This document shows, in pieces, positions 10,971-25,900 of a DNA stretch of 64,000 bases. The notes below the pieces were generated by a model. It was not told where the DNA came from. It worked only from the letters and a program-made list of their open reading frames with translations, and ran no database searches. The translations under genes and the position numbers were made by a program. This stretch comes from Antedon mediterranea (taxonomy: Eukaryota; Animalia; Echinodermata), in NCBI RefSeq assembly GCF_964355755.1, contig NC_092673.1, positions 8,680,001-8,744,000 on the forward strand, given 5' to 3'. Within the stretch, counting starts at the first letter, position 1. Each line of letters starts with the position of its first letter.

Positions 10971-13900
10971 GTAAGTTTTTCTTTTTTTTTAATTTTGCAA
11001 TAATCATTTTTTCCATCTCATCCATACTGGATTTGCTAATAGAAAAACGGGAATAGGATTCCCATGATACTTGTTGTAGACTAATTTTACAATTTTGCGA
11101 AAATAATTTTTGAGCGTTGTATTATGGCATCAGTAACCTCTTTCCATTTAACAGTAAAAATTATTTAAACTTGTTCCATACAAATTGGTCAATACAATGG
11201 TCTGTGCAAAATGAAAAAAAAAATGGTATGCCATTGGCACTGCGTTAATGAGCTAGGAACGGGCTGTGATCAGTCAAGCGTAAAATCTAGTGGTCTTTTA
11301 GTGTTTATTTGTTGACCACATGTGCTTGTTTCAGGAAATGCAAGTTAATTACTGTGAAGTAATAATAAATGCATTAATATTAGTATTAATTAAGCTGTGT
11401 GTTGTGTTAAAATGGGACATTTATTTTATGAAAGAAGAACAAGTGTACATCTATCGGCCAACGTATGTTAAGGATGACATGTGACATGCTACGAATGCTG
11501 CGCGTAGCCTACGAATACTGCGCGTAGCCTACGCATTTTGTAAATTACGCCACACATAGACTACGTTACCTAAGCGTGGGAAAAGTTGCAGTAGTTTTTA
11601 TCTGTACTGTAATATTTATTTATTGCTTCATTTGCTTTTTTTAGTAGCCTTCTGGCACGCTTTTTTATGTTTTTAAAAATCCATATTTACGTCGTTCTTG
11701 GGATTTACTCTTTCGTCGGTAACATACGCACATCATCAAATGATTTCTAGGCGCAATTCAATGCTAGCTGCTTTGATCGTATAATACATTCAAGAAGGCT
11801 ACGATCGTTTCCTATTTGCTAGTGCGCTATAAAGTCTTATTTCACTTAACTTAATTAAGGTACAGCTGATATTTAGTTATTTCATAATGTTTTATGTATA
11901 GATTTTAAAAGTGCATGATTTGACAGGCTGAGACGCTGCTTTAGCCACGCGAACAACAATTTGTACATCGGTGCTAGAATGTTTTAGGCCCTACTTCGTG
12001 AGAAAGTCGAGTGACAAGGGATGTCACATGGTATTGTGATATCAGTACTGCGATACTGTATATCACATGGTGCTTTCACCGGCCGCCGCCGAGAGATGTA
12101 AACACGTGTTTTGTTACTGCCATGTCTCTCTTTCGATCTCTAGTATTGGCTGTTGTCTGAATCGTCTAAAATGTGGTAACTTGTATATTGTAAATAAAGT
12201 TTTCAGTTAAAACAATGATTGATTGTATTATTTTTCTTGTAAACATGTTATGTGTATTAAAAATTAAATATCAATGATATTTTCAATATCACATTGAATT
12301 AATCGACTCTCTATGGATCGGTGGGATTTACTCTTTCGTCGGTAAGATACGCACATCATCAAATGACAAAGGAGCGATTGATTTTCTAGGCGCAATTCAA
12401 TGCTAGCTGCTTTGATCATACAATACATTCAAGAAGAAGGCTACAATTGTTTTCCTATTTGCTAGTGCGCTATGAAGTCTTATTTCCGGGCAACTAGAGG
12501 TGTCTTACTAATGAATAGGCCTAGATTTATTTCATCGGTGTTTGTAATTAAACGCAAAAAAATGTTGGCTACGATCGTTTTAATGTTTGCTAACGCGCTA
12601 TGAGGTGTCGTTTCCGGCCAACTACAGTTGCCTACTGATGATAGGCATATTTTTTTTCATTTATCGCGTATGTTTACCTGCGGAAAAGTAGGCTACGATC
12701 GGGCTGTTTGCTAGCGCGCTAAGAAGTGTCCTTTCCGGCCAACTACAGAGTTGTCCTACTGATGAGTAGGCATTTTTTATTTCATCGGGGAATTCCCCTT
12801 GACGTTCATAATGAACGCAAAAAATGTTTCTTATCGCGTATGTTTACCGGCGGAAAAAGTAGGCTACGATCGTGCGGTTTGCTAGCGCGCTATGAAGTGT
12901 CTTTCTGGCCAACTAAACAGAGTTGTTCTACTGATGAGTAGGCCTAGTTTTATTTCATCGGTGAATTCCCCTTGACGTTCGTATTGAACACAAAAACATT
13001 TTTTTATCGCGTATGTTTACTGGCGTAAAAAGTATGCTACGATGGTTTTACAGTTTGCTAGTGCGCTATAAAGTTTGTTTCCGGCCAACTAGAGTTGTCC
13101 TACTGATGAGTAGGCTTAGATTAGGCCTATTTTTTTTTGCATTTAGGACTTCCCCCTGACGTTCGTAATGAATGAAAAAAATGTTTCTTTGCGTATGTTT
13201 ACCGGCGGAAAAAGTTGGCTACGATCGTTTTGTTGTTCGCTAGCGCGCTATAAGTGTTATTTCCGGCCAAACTAGAGGTGTCATTCAACATAAATGTTAT
13301 GTGCGAGAGTACCACTTCCGGCCATTCTAGGGTGTAAATTACCAAAAATCGCTTCGCCACAGCGGCCCCAACCATGGTGGGGCTGTGACTCAAGTACTTA
13401 GCGTGACGCTTGATGTGAATCCTGGGGAGAATGAGTTCCTTCCAAAGTGAAATATTGTTGTACAGAAGTAATATGTATACGCCCCATAAACAATTCTGTA
13501 CTACGCAGACAAAAATCAAAACGCCGACTTGTGGACTAAAATAAAAAAGACAATTAACTACAAACGTGGGGCATGTCTACAAAAAATCGTACATTTTCTA
13601 CCACCTTCAAAGAACCATAACTTTTAGAACAGATTGTTGGATTTCAATCATTTAAAAGTGAAATAATTCATTTAAATGTTTTCATTGGGATGCTTAATGT
13701 CATCTTAAATTGATACCCTCCGTAATATAGTGCAGTGTTATTTTTATATTATGTTTTTTTCCCTTTAAACCTAGTGTGATATAGCCTAGGTTAAATAATT
13801 AATTTCACTTGATAAAACATTGCCATTATGGTAGGAACATTAATAATATACTTCTGTTTATTTGCTTCTTATATTATTTTCCGTGTTATTAATCAAGTTC

Positions 13901-16900
13901 AAGAATTAATCAAATTTACATAATAGTCAAGAACTGTGGTAACATTCTATTCTGACAATGAACACTCTTCCATTAAAATATGTTGAATTCTACATGAATC
14001 TCCCATCCGAACTGTTGTCAAGAGTAAATTATACTAGTTCTTTTTTGTTGCCATTCTTATTGTCAGATTATTATACTGTAAGATCCTAATTGACGTCAGT
14101 TTGTAATTTAACCAGTATTAATATTAATTGGATATGTTTTGAAATTTGGAAATATTGTACAATTTTTGGAGGAAAATATGTTTTTGGATTGTGGCCATTT
14201 TTACATGTGATGATTTTGCCTATTAATTTAAACTGAATTAAATTTTTTCTAATCAATAATCTTTTTTTCCTTTGACAAAGTATAAAGTGTACAGTAATGT
14301 AGAGAATCTTGAAATTGCATGCAAGATAATATTACCATTAATACATGCAAATTATAACACATTTACACTGTCTTGTAAGATCTATCATTATAAAATGATG
14401 TGATTTTTGTTGGCAATACATTATGTGGCTTACTTGAGGCTACTGTAGTTTATTGTGAATTAGAAAACTATGATTCTTTATCTTGCCCACGTATCCACAT
14501 TGCATATAATACATCTGTAGGCTACTTTTTACACATTAGTTTGTCCTTCATTTGATCAAACCCTATTTTATTTTAAAAATTTGTGTAAAAACATGCATAT
14601 TTTTATGTATTATGCTCCTTAGTTTAATTCTTATGTCTATGAGAATGGGTGACAGTGACGGAGTCTCTATGTCATCCCTCGACCAAATCATACTTGTTTT
14701 ATATGTTTATGTACATACTGTACTGTGTTGGTTGAAATAAATGTTAAAATTTAAAAAAAAAACTTATTATGGCAGCTACTGTTAATAGTGTTGTATACAT
14801 TTTTCGCTAATCATATGCTATTACATCATATTGCCATCAACATTTTTACAATTGGATTTTCATATTCATTAGAGAGTGCCTTACTTATCCATGCTCAATT
14901 TAAATATTACACAATTCCATCTCACAACTGTTGTTACCATAATTTTTTATTTCAATGACCTAGTGGTTAAAAATTTGATCAAAAGTGAGTCATGTATAAT
15001 TTTTCAATCTCATGATAGATTTGTCTGTTGACAAATTATACTCCCAGTTCAGCACTTTACACATTATCTTCAGGTCATAGAATAGTGCTATTGTACCTTC
15101 AATTTCCATGCACATATTTCAATAACGTCCTTGTTGCGTTGCAAAACGTATGTGTATTTTAACTCACGTCTTGTGAGCGCTTATCTAACTAATGCCCTGA
15201 AGGCGGAAATATGTGACATTTAAAAGGTCTATTTTTTACATGATGCTGATAATCGAGATGCAATTCCCCCCATAGCTACACTTTTTGGGAAAGTTTTTTT
15301 TTTAAAGTTTTTAGAAAGCCAGACATTTCGTCATCATCTCAATTATTCTTAAAATAAAAGTTCATATGATGATTACATCATTAAATATTTTATATAACAG
15401 TTTTTAACCTTAACGATACTTTCCCTACAATTGTTGACATTTTATAAAACTAACATTCCCTGTTTTTTTTTTTGTGAGAATCCGTTTCAAATTGGGGAAG
15501 ACCGATATTTTCGCTGAAAAGTTATGGTTCTTCAATTTCATTTGCCTGCATGATCCATTGTATTACAGAAGCAAAACAAACATCAATCTTTGCGCAATCC
15601 ATGTTGGTATTTATAGCTTAAATTGTTCAAATAGACTAATAGTAAATATTTTACATTTTTACCACAGGGAAACTGATTATTAATTTATAAGAAAAAAGTA
15701 AAGATAAAAATTAATCAATTCCATTCAATACTGTACCTCTTTTTTTTTAAAGTAAGATCATCATGGAGAATAAACTTTAAAGATTGTTATGCTACCGTAT
15801 TGCAAATTTGTAACTCGGCTCGATCTTATCGTATGGCCGAGTCTAATCCCATGTTCTAAATTGATGCCACCCCCAATTTTATATGGCTACATCAGACACA
15901 AGACACAATGGAAAATCCATCGTTAATACAGTTGTATTAAATAATAAAATAATTGTTTAATATAAAATGACATTTTTTTTAGACTTGAGGTGCCACACAA
16001 TCAAGTAAAAGAGATCTACAAAGCTGCACGACATCTGGAGGTTTCACGTGTTAGGTCTGCATGTAAAGATCACATAGTCAGTTACCTTAGTGCAAAGAAC
16101 AGCTTAGGTAAGTTTTCATGGTTTAGTTTAGAAATAAGCTTTTTGTAGGATCATAAACATCATGCTTATATTAGAATAATAATAATAGTAATTTTAATTA
16201 ATAAAATATAAACTCTTTATGTTAATTTTAGAATCTATTAACTAAATTAATTTTTTAACTGAAGACAATCTTGTATTTTTTGTGTACAAACAAAACTGTT
16301 TTCAGCATTACAATGAGTTTCGCTGGATTCAATAGTCTACCAGTCGTAATAGATTCAGTTTCAACCTTCGCTTATTTTGAATACACTAAGCTAAATTTCC
16401 TTTAACACAAATTAGGAATGCGCTTATTTGCCGAAGCTCAAAAAGACAAGGATTTGATAGCAACCATTGACTCGTTTATCCTGGAGAATATCGAAGATAT
16501 CACATTAAGTAACGAATTTCATCAATTACCACGACTTCAGGTAAGCTACAAGTGGTTGGAGTAAGAAGCATTATTGATCTCAAAATGAGTCTAAGTATAT
16601 TTACACCTTTAAATGATCTTAATTCCAAAAGCAGATTATGATATAATATTTGATTCTAGAATTTGGCCAAAAAAAAAAAAAAATTATTGTGTTTGACACG
16701 TTTTGAGTAAAATCCCAAAAATAGGTAGGTCTGTAGGAAAATTTTTTTTTTTTCCCCAGACCAAAAAATGTGTTACCAGCAAAAAAATAACCAATTTACA
16801 CAAAAGATACAAAAAACACTTTTCATAGCACCCTAGGCTCACGATAGCTATAAATATAAACAAAAGTTTACAAAAAAAAGGGTTTATTAAATAACCGTAT

Positions 16901-19900
16901 GCCTAACTTTTTTAGGCATAGGCCTAGGTTCTACCTACCATTTTTAAAGCCAGAAACAATCAAGATCGAAATAAACTATTTCCGTGTTATATGCTACTTT
17001 CCCCAGTTAACACTATTTCAGATGAAAAATCTATATAATCTTATATTGTTTTATCCATATGTAATTACATTGGCATTAAATTCAAGATATAACATTAAAA
17101 TGCAGGGCGTTATGAGCCATATTTCGCCGATTTCTTATCGCGGGGAAATTCCCCACCAGGAGAGACATCAATCGTTCGATCGATCGAGGAGTAAGCCTAG
17201 ACTAGAGGCCTAACGTGCATGCGGGAACAGGTGGATTATCGCTATAAATAATAAGTTTGAACAAAAGAGCTTACAACAATCTTAGGTCAATTTTTATTAA
17301 ATGTATAGGCCTACTTGCTTGGCGAATCCATGCCTTTTAAGTTCGTAATCGGATCCTAGTACTGTACAGTAAAACCAAAAAGCACCGCAACAACCTTGTG
17401 TGATGTACGATCTGTTTTTAATTATGAGCGTGTTTAAAATTGTGATAACTATTAAAAACGTGTTTCAACCACTGTGTAATCAAAGTGTTTATTTAGTTAA
17501 AACTGCGATCCCCCAAAAATTAATAATCGCGTATTCCGGTTATCCTATGGTTGCACACTTCTTTTTTACACATCCGGTGGAGGTCAAATATATTCGCCAA
17601 TTTGAAAAGGCAATATATTTTCACTATTAGGTTTCACAATTGCCGTTAGGCTCACAAAAAAAAAAAATGCTGACCTTCATTTTTGTCAGTTTAGGGTTGG
17701 TCGGGCGTGGCCAACAATTTTTTTCTTTTGGCCGTATTCTAGTTCTAAATAAACAGATGAGAACAAATTAAATTTTTTTTAAACAAAATCAAAAAGTTCA
17801 TTAATTAACCTTATGTAGAAAAAGTATACAGAAAACTGAACCCCTATTAGAGACACCTTCAGAACACAACAAAGTGTTAACATCTTAATCTCTTAGTCTT
17901 ATTTTCTAGGTGATCATTTAGAATAAAATTATCACCTATTGTTATTATATGAAATATTTGTTTTTAGTTATTTCTCTCTATACAGATTTTGTGTAAAATT
18001 ATCCCAAAAAGTTAAATGATCACCAAAATTTCACAATATCTTTGAAATGTTTTAACTTACTAATAAGCTTTTCAGCATGATCACTCATCCGTGACGTCAT
18101 TTATACACTATTTTGTGAAATCACATTATCAATCATATAATCTCCATATCTCATTATCACATATCAATCAAATTCACTATATACATAAACTTCAGGTCAA
18201 GGGTAAAAATATTGGCAAATAAAAACACACGCATACATGGGACCATGTGTCAGAAATCAGGCGTTAACATTTTAAAAGCTCAAAATTATGTTTTGATCAA
18301 TTTAGAGCATGAATTAGGCAATTTATGTGCTTCAAAGGATTATTGCACAAAAACAAAAAGCATAAAAAATAATATTTTTTGTACAAATCATATTCCACTC
18401 ACCATCCTTAGTACATTCTCCAAATTTGAGTCAATTCCGACTTAAAATAAAGCTATAATGGGCAGGTTAAAATGACAAAAAGCACACATTAATTGCACAA
18501 AATTGCTGAAAAGGATAACAGAGTGCATCTCGCTTGTATGTGTTTTCTCTCAAATTATTATATGTTCTTTCTTAACCAATTATCTTTCTCATGAGTTGAT
18601 CCCATTTTCATTTTGATGACGTCATCATGTTTTGCTTGAATAATGTAGGTCATTTCACCTACACTTCGAATATCTTGCAACTCTTCAAAATTAAAGGTAA
18701 CCTTATGATTATAAATTAGTATGAAATTTAGATATGAATTCATATAAAAATTATGTTTTGACGTTATCATATGGCCAGTTGAAGTTAAAAAGTAGTTTTT
18801 TCATCTCTTAAGTTATACAAATTTCAAATAGTGAGCTTCTATGTGCCAAATTTTCTTCTAAATCTTATATTTATTTGCTAAATTCAGTATCTTCCGAAAT
18901 TGTCATCTTCAAGTTTATTTTGATAATGTCATACCCAAAAAGTAGAACATGATGTGGGTCCTCTAATTTCACCTTTGCTACACGGTATATAGATATACAG
19001 TATGTACATTCTATATGACACATAATAGTCAAAACTCGGTACTAAGCGTACAATATATGCATCAGGTCATAGGACGGCAAACATCAACTTTTTGTCATTG
19101 AATTACGTGCATGTTTTTAAAAATTAAATGTCAGTAAAATTATAAAAATGATCACCTATAATTGATAAGTGATGAATTAAATTCTAGTTTATTTATTTAT
19201 TATCTTACTGTAGCTAGTTTTTTGTGGGCAGGCTCCTATCGCAGGCACTTGAGGTTTCCTGAAGGTCCTTTTCATATTCTTTAAGTTTGTTTTACTCCTT
19301 TTCGTATTGTGTGTGTATTTTTTTTTGATGAGATGAATAAAGAGATTGATTTAGTCTTGACACATATTACCTTGTCATCCATTTCCAAGAAAGTGTCCCC
19401 ATAATAGAGGTACTTTCAAAATATTAATTATTTAATATTTTTTATATTTTACTGGTTATTATTGTATTTAGTTAATTAATTTCAAGTATAAATTGATCAT
19501 AGTAGCACATCATGTTTTCTGAATCAGATACAAATATATAAGATCGAAACAGTACTGTCTGCAGATTGGATATATATATATATATATATATATTTGGTTT
19601 TGTATACTTCATTCATTATATATCTCTTGCTTGTGTTAAGGTTTAATTATACAATTGGTTGATTTCTTCATTATCAAACATACTGTATATGTTTATAGCA
19701 TTACATCTGCTAATCTGTAGATATTTGATGTATAACCTATACATTAGACGTGTGTGCAATAACTATTAAGTCAACATAAATGGAATTCAAATTATCAAGA
19801 TGCTGGAAATGTATTTAGTTACAAAACTAATCTATTCAGAATGAACATTCATAGCATTACAGCTTGCGTATATTTGTGCACATAAAGATATGTCATGTAA

Positions 19901-22900
19901 TTACAATATACAGAACAATATAGAATTGAGAGTGCATATTTGTTTTTTGGTGAATTGTAAGAATAACATTGTAAATCACTGCAGTAAACTATTTATTGGT
20001 CTAAATATATTTCATCATCTGATTCTGATAGTTTCTCTTTTCATTTAAATTGAAAAAATATTCAATCATTAATATTCGCACTTTCATTTTTAAGATTAAC
20101 ATAAAAATGATCAACGTATTTTATAATTTTCTGGTGACGAGATATCTTCATATATTTTGTATTTAAAAATGTTGAATTATGATTACAATTTTAGATTGAA
20201 GTGATAGCCATGAAGGAGCTGGCTTGTGTAAGTGACCGTGTCATTTTTGAAATGGCCCTTGATTGGACAAGAAGAACTGTGAGACATGGTTCTGACATTA
20301 CCACTCTGATGCAATCGGTATGTGATATATAGAATACTGTTGAGTACCAGATGATAGTTGACCTTTAACCTTTTTGTCAATAAGTGCAATGGTACAGCAA
20401 GCTAATATCTGTCCTATGCTTTTAAAGTAAAATAAAATTTTCAGTTATATTTTAGTTTTAATATGGATGCAAAGAATAGTTATGTTGACTCTGAGATGAG
20501 AGAGAGTTTTTTAAATATAAATGATTTATTAACAAAAAGTAAATAAATAATAATTTCTTTGTGTTGTACACCCCAGTCATTCTAGTCTTCGTCCGGTACA
20601 GTTTTAAGATATAACATGGTATCAAGCATGTTATTAACATGCTCTAGTGGTAAACTTAAATATACATACCAGAAGCGAGTTAAAATACTGTTCATTCTAA
20701 ACGCATCAATCATCAGCTTTAACGCCACAAAACATCCCTTATCTCAGAGGGAGGTCTTCCGTTTCGGAATAAACCTAATCAGTACTAAATTTATTACTAA
20801 TTTTAAATTTGTAAAAAACAAAAACAATTTACTGGGTAAAGATTAGTTTTACCCGTACACTCTATTTTGTAGGAGATGGACAGTAATAACACTTTCATGA
20901 AGGTATTAATTCCACACCAAAAACATTTTTAGAACTGGTCATTCTTGCATAATCCAATCGATTTAACCATGGAAATTCAAATATAGAAATTTTTTCACTA
21001 ATAAAATTGGTTTTTCATTTCACAGTGACCTAAAAATACTTTATTTAAACGTTGTTTACAAATTATATTAATAGGTTCAAACTTTGTTGTTGACTGAGGG
21101 AAATTTACTTAAAGACGTTAATGAGATGGAGAACCTCGACCCAGAACTGATCTTGGACTATGGTCTGTGTGAACAAGCCAATGTAGAGTTAACGCCAGAC
21201 AAAAACATCTGCAATAACAACTCTACTAATAAATTATCACCATGTAACAGCATTGCCTCGCGTAAGCTTATTCTGACTCCACAAGATCTTAAATCCGAAA
21301 AGAAATTTAAAAATAAATGGAAGGTCATTGCGTCTGCAGACATGGAAGGTAAGCTTTAAATGTACAGTGAAATATCAGTGCCAATTAATTATTTATTCAT
21401 TTATTCATTTTAGTTTTATTTCAGAAACAGATGTCCATAGTTACAAAATCCATTGCATAAATAAGTTTATATAAAAAAGGCAGACAAAAAAAAAACACCG
21501 GCATCAGATCAGGCCTAAAAAAAAAAATTGTTTGTTTGCTGTCAAGTTTTTTTTTTTTTTGTAGGGTGGGCGGGTGGAAAAAAGTTTTTTTTTTTTTTTT
21601 TTTTTAAGGTTAATTTTTCTGTTAATTGTACGCGAATTTGAGAGTAACAAAACACACTGAATAAAACAACGAGCTCAAACATCTATTCATAATTTGTTTC
21701 ACACTTTAATTCTGTTTTGGGCGCGTTAGGCTAGCCTAGGCTAGGCCTACTACACAGTAGGTCGTTGTTAGCAGGCCTAATTAAATATTTTAGAAGTTAT
21801 AGTGTACCGTATTAGCAGGCCTAATTACCGTACTGACGCGGGTATAAGCCCACCCCCCTCGAACATGAAATCACGTCAAGTTTGGGGGGTGGGCTTATAC
21901 CCGAGGATCCAAAAATGCAGATCGTCAAAAACAGCACATGTACACTGTGTATTCCACCATGCGAGCGAGCGCCCTCACGTGTACGACGTTGCCTCTAAAT
22001 ACACGAGGTCAAAGAATATATATCACGAGGTGTAGAGTGTCGGAAAATCAAGTTTATAGTTCGTGTAATTTATCGTAGAATATCTTATTTTAAACATCAA
22101 TTTAACAAGAATTTATCAAGCAGAAAAGCAAGTATACAATGTTCGTTAAATAGAAATGTACCAAAGAAATTTAATAAGCTTGTTTATGGCAGCCGATACC
22201 AAATAGTGGTTTTCCGTTTTGGCGACTTGTAGCGTCGAGTGTGAAGCGAGTGTAAACAAAACAGGACCGCTAGGCCTCATATGGCCTAGCGTATATTAGC
22301 CTAGCTTGGTTATGATCAAAGGTAGGTGTATTCGGTGTATGGACGTCGCCAAATACAAAATAATGTATTACGACACGCACTGTAGATCTTCGAATTAATG
22401 GGTGGGCTTATACCTGAGTGCCTCATTTTTCATGAAAATTAGTCAAAAGTCGGGGGTGCGCTTATACCCGAGTATGGGCTTATACCCGCGTCAGTACGGT
22501 AAATATTTAAGAAGTTATAGTGTACCGTATATTTCGGTGTATAAGTCGCACCTGTGTATAAGACGCACCCCCTAACTGAGAGTAAAATATTGGTATTTTG
22601 TATATCGTCAATCTATAAGACGGCCGCGCCCAGCCTCAACAAGAAGGGAAGTCCCCCATTCCGTCAGTTCTTTCTAACTTGTTATTCATGAGTTTCGCAC
22701 CCGCAACATCGAGTGCATGACCGCACGTGTGTGTGGACTAGCCTCGCTCGATCCTTTTATCGAGAGGCGCACGTTTTCAAGGACAATCGTATTCGATTAG
22801 TATCTATGTATCCTAGAAGTGTGTACGCTAGGTCTATGCTATAATCAACTGGAGAATATACTAGTCGAATACTGTACACCATGTGGTTGCCAAGAAAAGG

Positions 22901-25900
22901 GCTTGCTCGCGCTGGGGGTACGACGGTCGTGTGTATAACTATAATACTATTCCAATCATAAACGTTTACAAATGAAATTTTATCGGAGCGCCTAAAACAG
23001 CTCCATAATGAACAAATCTTTTTATCATATTTAGTACAAAATCACGCTAAAATGCCTTGAAAACTAGCAGGTTGCTGTTACGCTAGTACACTGCAGCTAG
23101 GCTAGGCCTACTCTTTAGTAATAGGCCTAGGCCTTACCTTAAAAAGCCCAGGCCTAGCCAACGAGGTGGCGATATCTGTGTGTTGAGGCATTTATGTTCG
23201 GTGTATAAGATGCACCCTTAATTTAGAGGTTAAATTTGCGTGTCAAAAGTGCGATTATACACCGAAATATACGGTACGTTATTATTTTTATTGTTTCATC
23301 CTCGCACACTCGATTTTTACACCTTTTCGGCCAAAAAAAATCATAAAAAAACTTTTTTTTTTAAAGCGTCCTCAACATAAAAAAAAATCTGTTTTCTTAT
23401 CTTCGCCCCAAATTTTTGGCGAAATTAAGGGCGGCGGATGACAGCAAACAAACTTTTTTTTTTTAGGCCTCATCTCAGGATCTCAATTGTACATGTGAAT
23501 TTTTATTGTTTTTAAATTATCGCAAATTGGAATCCCAAAATCCTTTGAATTAAAGATGAAATGGTTTTCAAATTATTAAAGATATTGAACATGTATAAAA
23601 ATTAATATGGCATAAATAAGAGAAATAAATCTCATTAAAACAAAGTTAGATACAGTGTTTAAAATTATGGTTGTGACTTGACCAGGACCGTAGTCGGAGA
23701 CCATTTGTATACAATTCGAATTATAATTTTTATATGGATGTCTACTCCATTTCAAATACTGTTGCTTATCTTTATTAAAGAGGCAGCAAGTTAAAACTTG
23801 TAAAATTGAGTTAAAACTCATAAGAGTGAGATAAAACTCTTAAAACTGTCTTGGATCAATGATAATTTGTTTGATCTCTCAATCCTTTCCTGATAGGCAT
23901 AAAGATTTTTAATCTCATTTGTCATTATGAAAAAAGGTTCTTTTTTTATTGCAAACTTGTTTAAACGTATACCGATTAATTATTAAATATACAGGAGTCA
24001 CGTAAAGCAAAAACTATATCTTCAACCATGCTAATACCACCAACTTTTAATGCTTGTTGAATGTTAGAAATTGCCGGCTATGTTGTTTCTACAATCTTAG
24101 TGCAGCCTAAGCCTTGCTTAATAGCTGGTCTGTGTATGGTAGCCTATCTCATCCTGATGACGAGTTCAAATCTAGTTTGATTATTCTTTCCTTAGCATCA
24201 ATTTCATCAAGCTATTAATAAAACAATTGTGAAAAAAATGTTAACAAATATGATTTAAAAATTAATAATATCATCATCATCAGAAAACTCATTGTTTTAT
24301 AGGGTGTATGAATCATAGGTATGATTTATTACAAAATTTAAAGGGGAATAAATGATTGTTTCATTTGTTTAATTTTCAAAAATGTTACAGTTGAGGATAT
24401 GCACCTTTTTTAATTTTTGAAGATGACATACTGTAATAGTAAAAAGGATTCATTGTGGTACTGTATATCTGTATCAAATGGTTTAAAACATAGTAAATAC
24501 ACAGGGATCTTTATTCAGGTGTGTATGTGATTTGATTTGCAGTGATACTGACTTGCAGTACTAATATCACATCCCATCATGGAATAAAATATAGATTTTA
24601 TCTTTATTATAGTTTATAAATATATATTCTGACAAATTATTAACGAATTAAAATCTACTTTAGTTCCATCCAGTTTTTTTATTTTACAATTGAAACGATG
24701 AGATGTTATTAATTATATATATTGATCTTAATATTTTATTCAAGGTTAACTTAATTTATTCAATAGATCAGTTGTTTGCAGTTTAGATAACATTGATAAA
24801 ACCTACTGTAATATGTACATAATCAGCACTTCCGTTAACTCAGTTTTTGTTTATTTAATACCAAATCAATTTATTTATTCAAAAGTTGCACTGACAATTT
24901 TCATCTATTTCATAAAAATATTTGATAAACTTAATTTATTATTATTTTTACCTTCTTTTTAACGTTTTAACCACTGAAGAAATAGGTTTATTATTATCCA
25001 TGAAAAAATAACATTTAACAATGCATATTTCAATGAATAAGTAAAACTTATTGCATGAATAAAAAGTGATTAGTTCATAAATTGAAATGTACTGATATCA
25101 TTCACTGTATTGAATTAGATAATTTATGAATATTTCTACATGCTTTCAGTGTTGATTGACTGAAGTCAACAAATAATCAAGAATCAGATTCTACAATATC
25201 AAGCAAAATTGTTTTCTAATTTAACTAAATTTCCTTGCTTTAAGTGCATGTGATTTAATTTTTTTCCCGATTAGTTATTACATTGTATTTATAAAATGAT
25301 ATGGTAAATTGTGACATGAATTCATATGTATAATTCAACAGAGTCCTTATTACGTTTTAATCATAAAGGTTATTTTTAATTTTGTGGAGCTATAACAGAT
25401 TGAATTTAAAGATGAAAATAAGTGACCCATGTTATTCACACAGGTCTCGTTGCACAACTATGACGTCAATAGGAAATATATGCTTCACAACTTCACGTAA
25501 ATGTTGATATGTTGACAAAGTTACGAAATGTTTTAAACTAAGATGCGATCTGCACAAAAATAGCAGTAAGAAAGAAGAATAACAAAGAAATAATTAACAC
25601 TAACAGGATAATTAACAAGAAGTTATTAGCTATAGTGCAAATAACTACCGTACTGACACGGGTATAAGCCTATACTCGGATATAAGCCCACCCCCGACTT
25701 TTATCTAATTTTTATGCAAAATGAGGCACTCTGGTATAAGCCCACCCATTAATTCACAGTAGCCAAAACGTAAAACCCCTATTTGGCATCGGCTACAATA
25801 AACAAAAAATAAAATTTCCTTGGTACATTTCTATCTAACGAACATTGCTTGATTACTTGCTTTTCTACTTGATAAATTCTTGTTCAATTGACGTTTAAAA

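Larger units (their letters stand above)
21511..23470. mobile_element. TIR element hosting two nested MITEs
   Basis: AGGCCTAAAAAAAAAAATTGTTTGTTTGCTGTCA / TGACAGCAAACAAACTTTTTTTTTTTAGGCCT; no clear TSD. Confidence 0.75.

Noticed and set aside
12630-13115. Hammerhead ribozymes suggested by repeated CTGATGAG
   Set aside because: CTGATGA lies inside a CCTACT/AGTAGG hairpin and no stem II plus GAAA follows.
24150-24180. CTGATGACGAGTTC hammerhead-like start
   Set aside because: No GAAA core or cleavage triplet downstream.
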